Positions 30,001 to 40,600 of a DNA stretch of 64,000 nt are shown in pieces (the first letter of the stretch is position 1; every line of letters starts with the position of its first letter). The position numbers were made by a program, and so were the translations under genes. The notes under the pieces are model-generated. The model did not search any database. It was not told the origin of the DNA and saw only the letters and a list, made by a program, of their open reading frames with translations. Origin of the DNA: an uncultured delta proteobacterium (GTDB lineage Bacteria; Myxococcota_A; Polyangia; Polyangiales; JAFGIB01). The DNA lies in the NCBI GenBank assembly GCA_963778655.1, contig CAVZVA010000003.1, forward strand, positions 672,001-736,000, in the 5' to 3' direction.

Positions 30001-31185
30001 CTGAAGTACTTTCCCCATTGCTGGGAAGTCGAGTTCTCGCTGCACCTGTGCAGCCGCGACGTGCGGGGGATGCGGCGCTGCGAGGAAGAGGCCCGCCGCG
30101 TGGCGAGCGAGCTGCCGCAGTGGCAGGTACGCGCCGAGCTGGCGCGCGTGAGCGCCGCGTTCTTCGGCGCCGCGAACGAGGAAACCGTGGCGAGCGCACG
30201 CCAGCTGGTGGAGCGCTGCGCCCGCGCTACGAGCAACCGCCGCTACGCGATCTACGCGCTGACGCTCGGGCTGATCGACCTGGGGCGCTACGAGGAGGCG
30301 CGCGCGGTGGCGCGCGCGGAGGTCGATTCGCTCGGACGACCGTTGCAATGGCACGACGGCTACGAGCTGATGTGCGGGCTCGCGGAGGCGCATCTAGGAC
30401 TGCACGACGACGCCCGCCGGCATGTCGACTCGCTGTTGCAGCTGTACGCGGAGGCGGGCGTGGGTGGCGTGGTGGCGGGCCACGCGCACGAAAACGCCGC
30501 GTTGATCGCGCTCTACGCGGGCGACCAGGAGCGCTTCGCCGTGCACGCCGCGCACTGCGCCGCGTACTATCGCAGCGGTTTCAACCCGGACCTGACCACC
30601 CGCTACGAAGTCCTGATGCGGCGCGCACGGCAACTGCAGGTGAAGGTGAGCCACAACTTGGCGAAGGCGGCGCGCTTTGCCCAGCGGGAGTCGTCCACGG
30701 AGCTGCTATCCCTGTTTCGCACCGAGCTCAGCACGATCCTCGATCCCGAGAGCCGTCATCGCCATCTATTGAGCCTGCTCGTTCAGCGCACCCGAGCGCG
30801 CGGCGGCCTGCTGTACCTCGCGGATTCCGCCGGCTCGCTGCACAGGGCGGCCGAGCTCGGCAGCTGCGGCACGGGCGCTGAGCTGGACAACGAGGTCTGC
30901 GCGCACTGGCACGCGGATACCCAGAGCGACTGGATAGCGACCGTGACCGCGGATGAGGCATGGGGACAGCTCGGCACGGTGGCCGCGCACGCACCGAACG
31001 TGAAGGAGCACGAGCTGGCGCTGCGCACGCTGATCGGCGGCCACCCCGAGCGTGAGCGGGCTTGCGGCGTGGTGGTGCTGGCGCTTCCCGACACCGAGGC
31101 GCTGCACGCCGAGCGGACGGCCATGGCGGCCCTGGCTCGCCTGCTCCAGGAAGAAGGCGTGAGCGGGCTGCCGCTCAACGAGTGA
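27052..31185 (+). CDS. Ser/Thr protein kinase with AAA/STAND-like ATPase, helical repeats and C-terminal GAF-like domain
   Basis: GRGGMG, ALK, HRDVTPQN, DFG and GTPPY.SPE. GPAGAGRS, VDDVH and GNP motifs. Confidence 0.88.
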   Translation: MEDEQPAAPSTPARAPASSPAGRAGPSSGPAPPRPSFAPSEPPANVTQTRYRVLSELGRGGMGSVERVEDTATGRTLALKRLLLDPERTKRNERLLGHFELEYHVLSHLSHPRIIKVFDYGRDVLGPYYTMEVLDGKDLKALAPLPYRQACAVARDVVSSLAILHGRGYVHRDVTPQNIRCNEDGQAKLFDFGAMCPVGVPKDVVGTPPYVSPEALQRNALDGRTDLFALGSTLYYALTGLHAYPARTLAQLPDTWRSVPRSPRSLVSDVPERLDELVMELLSLSPVARPQSAAVVFERLVAIGELPRDEQLEVRSAYLACSTLVGCEDTLAHQRVGLLKAMRGRGNSVLLSGPAGAGRSRALDTLALESKILGAVVLRADAADAAEPYGALRSLVQQLADARPQYFAQQPALKRLRAGAPISVDERQALLEAWNGWILGYARAHRLVITVDDVHLLDEPSLAGIAGLASELQGSRLLLAATRAAGEPGASTAAMELLASHAAAHALAPLSFENVHKMLRSIFGEVRGLQVLAAVLFEHAKGNPGLTMEAAQALVDAKVLRYEAGAWVLPTVAIEVAAALPHDPGLRARLAGLTRDARELAALLALDAHRQLTAADYAEVSTHGDATRSYDALDALLSARVLCRRGERVDFARTDYSTEIAHALPEQTAIEAHGRLACFYQRIGHSSAQAHHAAAAGDWDAAECLAIAADTDDLSGIWLRDPTAAATYEAVIAARAAADPRAPCLLPLRCRMFMLFIRTEEWARIAQQGPAIVNELAERCGIRDYAELDAQAPQERLSTAIARVEQRNADNLARCGLDAASGMSLLDALRQLPTLMLGVAAASVLAADPAIATDLPALQPFYPLSPAFPLVDRLRVAIAAVAGGDVAPALRDMRAIHAELWGDAHGLEPAVADSLRHFSQGFLQGMEVTLGSPAVLERLDYTRGHSAKRAERERYAYYLAVGDAEMAAKTRRDLDRLEVQSGALKYFPHCWEVEFSLHLCSRDVRGMRRCEEEARRVASELPQWQVRAELARVSAAFFGAANEETVASARQLVERCARATSNRRYAIYALTLGLIDLGRYEEARAVARAEVDSLGRPLQWHDGYELMCGLAEAHLGLHDDARRHVDSLLQLYAEAGVGGVVAGHAHENAALIALYAGDQERFAVHAAHCAAYYRSGFNPDLTTRYEVLMRRARQLQVKVSHNLAKAARFAQRESSTELLSLFRTELSTILDPESRHRHLLSLLVQRTRARGGLLYLADSAGSLHRAAELGSCGTGAELDNEVCAHWHADTQSDWIATVTADEAWGQLGTVAAHAPNVKEHELALRTLIGGHPERERACGVVVLALPDTEALHAERTAMAALARLLQEEGVSGLPLNE

Positions 31186-31430
31186 GCCCGCACAGCGGCG
31201 CGCGAGCAACGGCGCCCCTCATCGGAGGCGTAGTTGTTCGGATCGCTCAACGCTGGCCTCAAGGAGTACGTGGCCGCGCTGGCCGCGCTGGCCACGCCTC
31301 TGCTCGGGGCGCGCGACGCTGGAAAATGGCCGAACCTCCGGCCAGCGGCGCCCTCACGACACTCGATGTGCTACGGAAGCTGGAGCCCCGCATCGCCGGC
31401 AGGTCCGGGCGCGGGGAGGCCTCGCAGGCG

Positions 31431-33422
31431 ATGAAGATCTCCAGCTCGTCCCCCCGGCTCCTGCGCACGCTGACCTTCTCCGTCTCCGCGCTGGTGTTGT
31501 CGCAGGTGATGAGCCAGCGGGCGCGCGCATCCGGGGGCTTGTGGTCCTCGCAAGACCCGCCCGTGCACCAGGCCGCCGACGAGATCATCTTCGTGGACAA
31601 CCCGGGCTCCACGCTGACAGCCATCATCCGGATCAACTACGCCGGTCCGGCGCAGCGATTCGCCTGGCTGATTCCCGTGCCGGGAAAGCCGACGGTGGCG
31701 GTCTCCTCGAGCACGGTGTTCCAGCGGCTCGATGCGGCGACCGCGCCCCAATACTGGCTCGAGGTCGGCGGCGACGGCAGCTGCATGCGGCAAGACGCCC
31801 AGGACGCGGGATCCGCGCAGGACTACGGGACGGCCGGCGCCCCGAGCGCACCCGGCGCCACGACGGCGCCGATCGTGGTGATCGATCAGGGTTCGGTCGA
31901 CCCCTATGACTACGTCGACATCGCGGTCGATCCGACCCTCGACGATCCGGCGCAAGCCGCGACCGACTGGTTGACTTCGAACGGCTACGATCTGACCAGC
32001 CTCGACAGCGAGGTGTTGAGCCCGTACCTGAGGGACGGTCTGAACCTGCTCGCCTTCAAGCTCGAGAGCGGCACAGACACGGGCGCGATCAGACCGGTGA
32101 TGCTGAGCTACGAGAGCGCGCTGCCCACGATTCCGATCAAGCCCGCAGCCGTGTCGGCCCCGGACGGCATGGGCATCCAGGTTTGGGTGTTCGGCCCGTC
32201 GCAGGCGGTGCCCGACAACTACAAGTCGCTGGTGCTCAACGACGCGCTGATCGACTGGCTGTCAGGCCGCAAGTACCCCGCGGGCACCCTGCCGGCAGGC
32301 GGGGGCGGTCCCTTCGGTACGCACGGCAGCAAGCCGAGCAACTACGACGCGGTCGTGAGCGCCGCGGTCCACGAGGCCGGCGGTCGGGGCTTCGTCACCG
32401 AGCTGGGCGCGCCCGCCAGCCAGTTCAGGGACAGCGTCTGGTCGACGGTGGACGACCAACAACTCGCGATGATCTCGAGCCGGAGCTACGCCGATGGCAT
32501 CGACGCCTTGCTGGCGGCCAGCGCCGTATACGGCGGCTGGGACGGCTGGAAGCAGGCGGTCGAGGGCGCGACGACACTTCCTGCCGGCGTGACGATCGAC
32601 GAGCTCGGTCGCAATCCCGACCAATACCGCGGCGTGGCCGAGGTCGACACCGCCAAGCTCTTCCAGTTGCTGCAGGACAAGGTGACCAAGCCGGTGGCCG
32701 ACACGGCCGCGACGCTCTACCAGGCGCCCTACCTCACGCGTCTGTACACCAGCATGGGCGCAGGCGAGATGACGGTCGATCCGGTCTTCAACTACAACGC
32801 GGATCTGGCGCAGGTCAGCAACGTCCACGTCGCCAAGCAGCTCATTCAGTGCAGCTCCAAGCTGAATCGGGACGACGCACCATGGCGCATCGAGCTGCCG
32901 CAGGGCGGCGTGATCACGGGCAAGGGCAGCGGCGATTGGCCCGTGGCCGCGGGCTCGCTGCCGGCGAACCTCGAGATCGTGCAGCTCTCGACCGGTGGAT
33001 CCGGCACGCTGGTCGAGGACAATCGCGACGAGATCGCAAAGAAGCTGTCCGCGATCACGGGCGCGGGCGGCAGCGCCGGTCCAGCGCTCAGCCCACAGAA
33101 CGGCCTGCCGATTGGCGGCACCCAGCGCCTTACGCCGCACCCGCAAGCCGGCTCGACGCGGAACGACAGCTTGAACCCCTCGGGTGGCGGCGGCTGCAGC
33201 ATCTCGCGCGCGAGCACGCGCACGGGCTCCGCGTTCGGGCCGAAGTTGGCGCTCGCGGCGGTGATGCTGGCGCTGTGCTGGCGTCGCTCGCTGCGGGCCG
33301 CGAACGGAGCTCGCCTGGAACATGGCAAGCAGGACTCCCGAGACAGGCGTGCCACGCCGCGTCCGCTTGCACGTGCGGACGCGCTGGGGCATTCGGGCTC
33401 AGGAGGGTCCCGGAGCTCATGA
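31431..33422 (+). CDS. DUF2330-domain exported protein with MYXO-CTERM-like tail
   Basis: Q..DEIIF, FAWLIPVP, WL..NGY, GFVTE and YLTRLYT.M...EMTVDPVF. GGGCSI plus hydrophobic segment and Arg cluster. Confidence 0.8.
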   Translation: MKISSSSPRLLRTLTFSVSALVLSQVMSQRARASGGLWSSQDPPVHQAADEIIFVDNPGSTLTAIIRINYAGPAQRFAWLIPVPGKPTVAVSSSTVFQRLDAATAPQYWLEVGGDGSCMRQDAQDAGSAQDYGTAGAPSAPGATTAPIVVIDQGSVDPYDYVDIAVDPTLDDPAQAATDWLTSNGYDLTSLDSEVLSPYLRDGLNLLAFKLESGTDTGAIRPVMLSYESALPTIPIKPAAVSAPDGMGIQVWVFGPSQAVPDNYKSLVLNDALIDWLSGRKYPAGTLPAGGGGPFGTHGSKPSNYDAVVSAAVHEAGGRGFVTELGAPASQFRDSVWSTVDDQQLAMISSRSYADGIDALLAASAVYGGWDGWKQAVEGATTLPAGVTIDELGRNPDQYRGVAEVDTAKLFQLLQDKVTKPVADTAATLYQAPYLTRLYTSMGAGEMTVDPVFNYNADLAQVSNVHVAKQLIQCSSKLNRDDAPWRIELPQGGVITGKGSGDWPVAAGSLPANLEIVQLSTGGSGTLVEDNRDEIAKKLSAITGAGGSAGPALSPQNGLPIGGTQRLTPHPQAGSTRNDSLNPSGGGGCSISRASTRTGSAFGPKLALAAVMLALCWRRSLRAANGARLEHGKQDSRDRRATPRPLARADALGHSGSGGSRSS

Positions 33423-34906
33423 GATGGTGTGCCGCATCGGCCTGGGCCTGCCTGCTCCTGGCGGCGTGTAGCGGCGGCGATGGCGCGCACGCCGACGCCG
33501 GCGCCGGCGCCCCGCTCGCGCTGAGCCGCGAACAGCTGCTCGATCCGGACACTTGCAGGGGTTGCCACCCCAGTCACTACCGCGAGTGGTCGAGCAGCAT
33601 GCACGCCTACGCCTCCAAGGACCCGGTGTTCGTCGCCATGAACAAGCGCGGACAGCGTGAAACCCACGGCGCGCTCGGGGACTTCTGCGTCAGGTGCCAC
33701 GCACCGATGGCAGTGCTCGAAGGGCGCACCGAAGACGGCCTCAACCTCGACCAGCTTCCCGACGCAGAGCGAGGCGTGAGCTGCTATTTCTGTCACAACG
33801 TGAGCCGCATCGAGGGCGACCACAATGCGATGCTGCAGCTGGCCAACGACACCACCATGCGCGGTCCGATCCACGATCCGCTGCGGACCGACGCACACCG
33901 GGCCGAGTATTCCGAGATGTTCGAGGAGATGAGCCCGGAGAGCTCGGCCCTGTGCGGCGGTTGCCACGACATCGTCACGCTGACGGGCGTTCACCTCGAA
34001 CGCACGTTTCAGGAGTATCAATTCGGCCTGTTCTCGAAGAGCGCCACCGGCGCTCCGCCGGCCTTCGAAAGCTGCGTGGGCTGCCACATGCCGGGCCGAA
34101 CGGGGTTTGCCGCTGCCGCGCCGCAGGGCGTCGGCCTGCGCACCGTGCACGAGCACCTGTGGCCCGCCGTCGACCTGCCGCTCATCGACTTTCCCCATCG
34201 CGATGCCCTGCGCAGCGCCGTAGAGGATTGCCAGCTGGGAACGGCGAGCGTCACTTTCTTCACGCTCGAGGTCACGCCGCCCGACCTGTTCACGTTCCAG
34301 CTCGAGACCAACGCCGGCCACAACCAGCCGAGCGGGGCGGCGGAAGACCGGCGCATGTGGCTCGAATTCTCGGCTTACGACCAGGACGGCAAGCTGCTCG
34401 ATCAGGTCAGCAGCGGCAACATCGCGGACGACGAGATCGCGGATAAGCCGCCGGGCGACCCGCGTCAGGACCCGCACTTGCTCATGCTCCGCGATCACAT
34501 CTACGACCGGCAGGGGAAGCCCGTAAACATGTTCTGGCAAGCCGCGATGTCGAGCGCGCATCCCGACGGCTACGAGCTCAACGCGCTCCCGGTCGCCACG
34601 ACGACCTACATCGAGGGCAGGCACGCCATACTCAAGCAGTATCGAGCGTCCGGCCCCAATGGGCTCCCGGCCCGCGTAACCGCGCGGCTGAGACTGCGGC
34701 CGATCGGCTTGGACGTGCTGCAGGACCTGGTCGACTCCGGCGACCTCGACCCGGCGATCGCGGCGCAGATGCAGACGCTCAGCTTCGGTGCGCAGATCGA
34801 GTGGACGCCGAAGGACGGATTGACCAAGACCGTGTCCGCCAGCATGCAGTCGGATTGCAACACCTATCACTGCCTGCTGGACCCGAGCTCGGATTACTGC
34901 AACTGA
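33419..34906 (+). CDS. Pentaheme cytochrome c (c554-like) lipoprotein
   Basis: Lipobox LAAC. CRGCH...W..SMHAYA..DP, CVRCH, CYFCH, CGGCH, CVGCH. AGH..PSG motif. Confidence 0.88.
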   Translation: MRWCAASAWACLLLAACSGGDGAHADAGAGAPLALSREQLLDPDTCRGCHPSHYREWSSSMHAYASKDPVFVAMNKRGQRETHGALGDFCVRCHAPMAVLEGRTEDGLNLDQLPDAERGVSCYFCHNVSRIEGDHNAMLQLANDTTMRGPIHDPLRTDAHRAEYSEMFEEMSPESSALCGGCHDIVTLTGVHLERTFQEYQFGLFSKSATGAPPAFESCVGCHMPGRTGFAAAAPQGVGLRTVHEHLWPAVDLPLIDFPHRDALRSAVEDCQLGTASVTFFTLEVTPPDLFTFQLETNAGHNQPSGAAEDRRMWLEFSAYDQDGKLLDQVSSGNIADDEIADKPPGDPRQDPHLLMLRDHIYDRQGKPVNMFWQAAMSSAHPDGYELNALPVATTTYIEGRHAILKQYRASGPNGLPARVTARLRLRPIGLDVLQDLVDSGDLDPAIAAQMQTLSFGAQIEWTPKDGLTKTVSASMQSDCNTYHCLLDPSSDYCN

Positions 34907-35157
34907 GCGGCGCCGAGCCGTGTTGCCCGGTCGAGCGCACGGATGGCCATAGCGCGCGGGGCTTGGTGGTCAGCGCAAACGCACGAGAACCGCTTCGTGC
35001 TTGCCGTTCGGGTTGGTGCCGCTGCCGATCCCGGAATTGAGCACCCGGGCTATGCGCCCGTTTCGCCGATCCGTCGCGTGCCCAGGCACTCACGCGCCAG
35101 CGGGATTGGGTGGCTATCCCAAGCTGCGGTGCATATGTGGGTCGGGGTGCCTGGACG

Positions 35158-36462
35158 ATGAGGTTCTCCCTGCTGTGCTCGCTGTGCGTGGTTTGCATGC
35201 TGCCGCCCGTGGTCCGGGCGCAGGACGTGGCCGCTGCTGGCGGCAACGCGGCCGCGCTCCCCCCCCCACCCTCGCGAGCAGCACACGAGGTGCCGTCCGC
35301 CGGCGCGATCGGTTATCAGGAAGCGCTCGCGCGGGCGGAAGCCGCGCCGGAGTTGCGCGCGCGCGCGCAAGCGGTCACGCGCTTGCGCGCGCAGAGCGAG
35401 CGCGTCAGCGCGCTGCCGGGCGACTTCACACTCAGCAGCGAGCTCGGGCCGCAGCTAGCCCCCGATCGCGGCCTGCAAGGCCGCATCGGAGTCGCGCAGA
35501 GCTTCGCGCTGCGAGCGCTCGGGGCTGCGCGCAGCGGGGTGCTGCGCAGCGACGCCAGCGCTTTCGACGCCGAGCGCGCCGCAGCCGTGTTCGAGCGGCG
35601 CGTTGCGGCGGCGCAGGCCTGGCTGCAGGCGTGGTTTTCGCGGCAAGCGCTGGGGGTGGCGCGCCAAGAGCGCGATCTGGCCGATCAGCTCTCACGGCTG
35701 AGTGTACACGCGGCCGAGCTCGGTGAGCTGACCCGGGCCGATGCCGCGGACGCCGAGGTCTACGCGGCCGAGGCCGGGCTCGATGTCTTGGCGGCTGAAG
35801 GCGCGTTGGTCGATGCGCGCTTCGAGCTGGCAAGCGCCCTGGACGAGCCGGACGGCAGCTTCGACGTGCGAGGCAACCCCCCGGCACCACTCGCGCTGTC
35901 GCCCACCGTGCAAGCGCTGTTGCGGGCGCGTATCGAACGCTCGCCGCAACTTGCCGCGCTGCTCTCGCAGCAGGCCGTGCTGGCCGCCCGCGCGCGCGAG
36001 ACGCGTGCGCTGTACGGTCCGCAGCTCGCGCTCGGCGTGGTCGCCGACCGCAGCGACCCGCAGGCCTTCGCCGCGCTCGGGACCGTGTCCTTGTCGCTGC
36101 CGTTGACCGACCGCGCGCTGCGCGAGCGCGCCGAGCTCGAGGCCGATCGCACGTTGCTCGACGGCCGCCTGCGGCAAGCGCGTGTCCGCGCGCGGCTGCT
36201 GCTGGAGCGCTGGTTGCACGAGCTCGAGCACGCGCAGGCCGCGCTGCAGCACACCGAGCGCAAGCTGCTACCGGCGATCGACGCGGGGCTGTCTGCGCGC
36301 GACGCGCTGTTTCGAGCGGGCGAAGGCTCGGTGCTCGAGGTCGTCGTCGCGCACCGCACCGCGTTGCGCGAACGCGTGCGCCACCTGCGGCTCGCGGTCG
36401 ACGTGGCGCTGGCGTCCGCGCGCCTGAGCGAGCTGGCGCGCGCGCTGGGAGTCGAGCCGTGA
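35158..36462 (+). CDS. TolC-family outer-membrane factor (CzcC-like)
   Basis: Signal peptide, coiled-coil repeats, first gene of an RND operon. Confidence 0.8.
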   Translation: MRFSLLCSLCVVCMLPPVVRAQDVAAAGGNAAALPPPPSRAAHEVPSAGAIGYQEALARAEAAPELRARAQAVTRLRAQSERVSALPGDFTLSSELGPQLAPDRGLQGRIGVAQSFALRALGAARSGVLRSDASAFDAERAAAVFERRVAAAQAWLQAWFSRQALGVARQERDLADQLSRLSVHAAELGELTRADAADAEVYAAEAGLDVLAAEGALVDARFELASALDEPDGSFDVRGNPPAPLALSPTVQALLRARIERSPQLAALLSQQAVLAARARETRALYGPQLALGVVADRSDPQAFAALGTVSLSLPLTDRALRERAELEADRTLLDGRLRQARVRARLLLERWLHELEHAQAALQHTERKLLPAIDAGLSARDALFRAGEGSVLEVVVAHRTALRERVRHLRLAVDVALASARLSELARALGVEP

Positions 36463-37634
36463 GCACGGTCGCCCCGCGCTGGCCCCGGTGCACGCGCTCC
36501 ACGCCGTCGCTTCGTACCCGATTGCGTTCGCTGCGCGGTGCGGTCGAGGGCGGCGCGTTCGCGCTGATCGGGCTCTCGCTGCTGGGGTGCTCGAGCGGCC
36601 CGAAGCCCGCGCAGCCGCAGCCCGCGGACGGGTCCGCGCGAGCGCCCGGCAACGGCAAAGCCCCCGCGGCCGCGGCGGTGAGCAGCGCCACGCGCTGGCA
36701 GCCGCCGCGCTCGCCCGAAGGCGTGCACGCGCTCGAAGCGGTGGGCCGCTTGCTCCCGCCGCCCAACTCTCGCGCCGAGCTGACCATGCCGCTGCCGGCG
36801 ACGGTGCTGCACGTGTTCGTCGTCCCCGGCCGCACGGTCGAGCGCGGTGAGGTGCTGCTGGACGTCGCGGTCCCACAAGCTGCCAGCGCCGAAGGTCAGC
36901 TCGCCGGCGCGCGCTTGCGCGAGAACGCGCTGCAAGCCCGACTCTCGCGCCTGCAGCAGCTCAGCCAGGAGGGCCTGGTGCGCGCCAGCGAGATCGCCGA
37001 AGCGCGTGCGCGTCTGGCCGATGCACAGGCAGTCGCCCGCGAGGCGCAGGCGTTGCTGGGCGCGGTGCGTGCCGCTGGCTTGCGCCGCCGCGGAGAGAAG
37101 TGCGAGCTGCGCTCCCCGATCGCGGGCGTGGTGGTCGAGGTCAACGCGCCGCTGGGCAGCGTGCGCGGGCCGGGCGACGGTCCGGTGGTGACGATCAGCG
37201 GCGGGCAGCCGACGCGTGTCGAAGCGCGCTTCGCGTTTCCGCTGCCGCGCGACGCCGCCTACGTGCTGATCGACGATGCGCAGCAAGAGCACCCGCTATC
37301 GCTGGTGAGCCAGGCACCAGAGGTGATGCCACAGGACGCAATGCGGCTGACCTGGTTCGACGCGCAGGCGCCGCTCGCGCTGCCACACGGCGCCGCGGTG
37401 CGGGTGCAAATGCGCCCGCCCAAGGACGCGTGGGTGGTGCCGGCGAGCGCGTTGTTGCGTGAAGGAGTCGTGCTGCGCGTGCTCACGGCCAAGCGCGGCG
37501 CAGTAGCCGTGGAGCTGATGGCCCCGCTCGGCAGCGAGATGCTCGTGCGTGGGGCGCTGACAGCGGGCGACCTGGTAGCCGAAGACCCGAGCGCAGTGAC
37601 CGCGGCAGAGTCGGAGCGCGTCCTTGATAATTGA
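36459..37634 (+). CDS. RND periplasmic adaptor (CzcB-like)
   Basis: Lipobox-like LLGC, lipoyl half-motifs (V.PG..V..G..L, LRSPIAGVV) and VP.SA. Confidence 0.8.
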   Translation: MSTVAPRWPRCTRSTPSLRTRLRSLRGAVEGGAFALIGLSLLGCSSGPKPAQPQPADGSARAPGNGKAPAAAAVSSATRWQPPRSPEGVHALEAVGRLLPPPNSRAELTMPLPATVLHVFVVPGRTVERGEVLLDVAVPQAASAEGQLAGARLRENALQARLSRLQQLSQEGLVRASEIAEARARLADAQAVAREAQALLGAVRAAGLRRRGEKCELRSPIAGVVVEVNAPLGSVRGPGDGPVVTISGGQPTRVEARFAFPLPRDAAYVLIDDAQQEHPLSLVSQAPEVMPQDAMRLTWFDAQAPLALPHGAAVRVQMRPPKDAWVVPASALLREGVVLRVLTAKRGAVAVELMAPLGSEMLVRGALTAGDLVAEDPSAVTAAESERVLDN

Positions 37635-40600
37635 GGCGATCGTTCAGCTCGCCGCGCGCAAGCGCGTGCTGGTGCTGCTCGCGACCGGGTTTCTGGCCAG
37701 TGCCGCCCTGCTGTCTCTGCGGCGGATCCGGCTCGACGCGCTGCCCGACATCACCTCGAACCAGGTGCTGGTGTTGACCTCGGCACCCGGCTACTCGCCC
37801 GACGAGGTCGAGCGCCGGGTGACCACGCCGATCGAGCTGGCGCTGGCAGGCGCGCGCGGCCTGCGCGAACGCCGCAGCCTGTCGCGCTTCGGCATCTCTT
37901 CGGTGACCGTCGTGTTCGAGGACGGCGTGCCGGCGCAGACCGCACGCCAGATCGTGATGGAGCGGCTGGCGTCGGTGGCTTCCGCGCTGCCCGAGGACGT
38001 GGGCCAGCCTGAGCTCGGCCCGCTCACCGGCGGGCTCGGGGAGATCTTCCACTTCACCCTGCGCTCGCCGCGGCGCACGCCGCTCGAGCTGCGCGAGCTG
38101 GCCGAGCTGAGGGTCGCACCGCTGCTGCGCAAGGTGCCGGGCGTGGTCGAGGTCAACAGCTGGGGCGGCGAGCGGCGCTCGCTGCAAGTCGACATCGATA
38201 TGGGACGCTTGTCACGCCACAACCTGACCCTGCGCGACGTGGCCGACGAGCTCGGGCGCGGGGTGAGCACCGCGCCGGGCGGCGCCGTGCCGAGCAACCA
38301 CGGCAGTCAGGTGCTGCTGCGCGGGCTGTCGCGCCCGCTGCGCGCGGCCGACGTCTCGGGGCTGCGTATCCGCGTCCCGAGCGGAGGTTCGGTGCGTGTC
38401 TCCGACATCGGCAGCGTGCGCGAGCGCGGGCTGCCACGGCTGGGTGCGGCGACGCAGAACGGGCGCGGCGAGGTGGTCTACCTGATGGTGCAGATGCTGC
38501 GCGACGAGAACGCTCTGCGGGTGATGGACCGCCTGCACAAAGCCATGCCCGCGGTGCGGCGCGCCCTGCCGCCCGACGTGGCGCTCGACCTGGTCTACGA
38601 CCGCAGCGTGCTGGTTCGGGCCACCTTGCATACGGTCGCCAAGAACCTGCTCGAAGGTGGCGTCTTGGTGGTAGCGGTGCTGTTCGCCATGCTGGGCTCG
38701 TTCCGCGCCGGGTTGATCGTGGCGGCGGTGATCCCGCTTTCGATGTTGGGTGCAGGGGTGGGCATGGCGCTGTTCGGGGTACCGGGCAATCTGATGAGCC
38801 TGGGCGCGCTCGACTTCGGCCTATTGGTCGATGGCGCGGTGGTCATGGTCGAGCACCTGTTTCACGAGCAGGTGCATCATCCGCCGGCGGCCGGCGAGTC
38901 GCGCATGTCTTGGCTGGCGCGCAGCGCGTCGTATGTTGCGCGGCCGACCATGTTCTCGGTGCTGACCATCCTGCTGGTCTACATGCCGGTGCTGTCGCTG
39001 TCCGGGGTCGACGGAAAGATGTTCCGGCCGATGGCGGTGGTGGTGGTGATGGCCCTCAGCGCGGCGCTTCTATTGTCGCTGACCTACGTGCCGGCCGCGG
39101 CTTCGCTCTGGCTGCGCCCCAAGGACGTGCCGACAGCGCCGCCGCGTCTGGCGCGTTTCGTCGAGCGCATTCACGTCCCGCTGCTCGACCGCGCGACGCG
39201 CGTACCGGCGCTGGTCGCGCTGCTCGCGCTGTTGTTGCTCGCGCTCGGCGGCTACGGCTTCTACCGCGCCGGCTCAGAGCTCGCGCCGCAGCTCGACGAG
39301 GGCGACCTGGTGATTCAGACCACGCGCGCAGCCGATATCGGGCTCGAAGGCGCCGTGGCCGCGGCCGAGAAGCTCGAGCGCGCTGCGCTGAAGGTGCCGG
39401 AGGTCGAGCGCATCGTCTCGCGCATCGGCAGCCCGACGGTGGCCACCGACATCATGGGACTCGAGCAAGCCGACGTATTCGTGCGCCTCAAGCCCAAGGG
39501 GCAATGGCGCGAAGGGCTGCGCTCGGACGCGCTGATCGCCGAGATCAAGCGCGCGATCCGCGCGGTCGACCCGGACGTCGAGCTGTCCTTCACCCAACCG
39601 ATCCAGATGCGCTTCAACGAGCTCTTGGGCGGCGCAGTGACCGATGTCGCGGTCAGCGTGTTCGGCGACGACCTGCACCAGCTGCAGACCAGCGCCGCGC
39701 GGGTCGCGGCGCGCATCGAGACCATTCCCGGCGCGGCCGATGTGCGCGTGCTGGCCCCGCCCGACGTGCCCTTGATGGACGTGGAGCCGAACTACGCGTC
39801 AGCCGCCGCGCTCGAGGTGACCGCGCGCGACGTGCTCGACGGGGTCGAGGCGATGCGAGCGGGCATGCACGCGGCGACCACCTATGACGGCCCGCTGGCG
39901 GTCCCGATCGTGCTGCGCGTACCGGGTGCCAACGCACCTGGCGACGTGGCGCGCATGACCATCAGCAACACGCGCGGCGGGCTCATCCCGCTGGGGTCGG
40001 TCGCGCGCATCGTGCGGCGTTACACACCCAGCATGGTGCAGCGCCTCGACGGTCAGCGTCGGCTGATGGTCGGCTTCAACGTACGCGGGGCCGCTCTCGG
40101 CTCAGTGGTACGCTCAGCGCAGGCCGACGTCCAGCAGCACGTGACGCTGCCGCGCGGCTATCGCCTGGAATGGGGCGGACAGTTCGCCAGCCTAAGCGAA
40201 GCGACGCAGCGCTTGGCGATGGTGATCCCGCTGGTGCTGGTGTTGATCGTGGGGTTGATGTTCTTCGTGTTCGGAGAGCTGCGACCCGTGCTGCTCTTGC
40301 TGATGCACATCCCGTTCGCGTGTGTCGGCGGCATAGCGGCGCTCAGCGCGCGCGGACTGCCGCTGTCGATCAGCGCCGCAATCGGCTTCATCGCGCTCTC
40401 GGGCATCGCCGTGATGAACGGCATGGTGCTCTTGGTTCAGCTTCAGCACTACGAGCGGTCCGGGTTATCCCCGGCGCAAGCGGCGTCGCGCGCGGCGCAC
40501 GACCGCGCGCGGCCGGTGGTGATGACGGCGCTGGTGGCAGCGTTCGGCTTCGTACCGATGATGCTGGCGACGGGAGTCGGCGCCGAGGTGCAGCGCCCGC

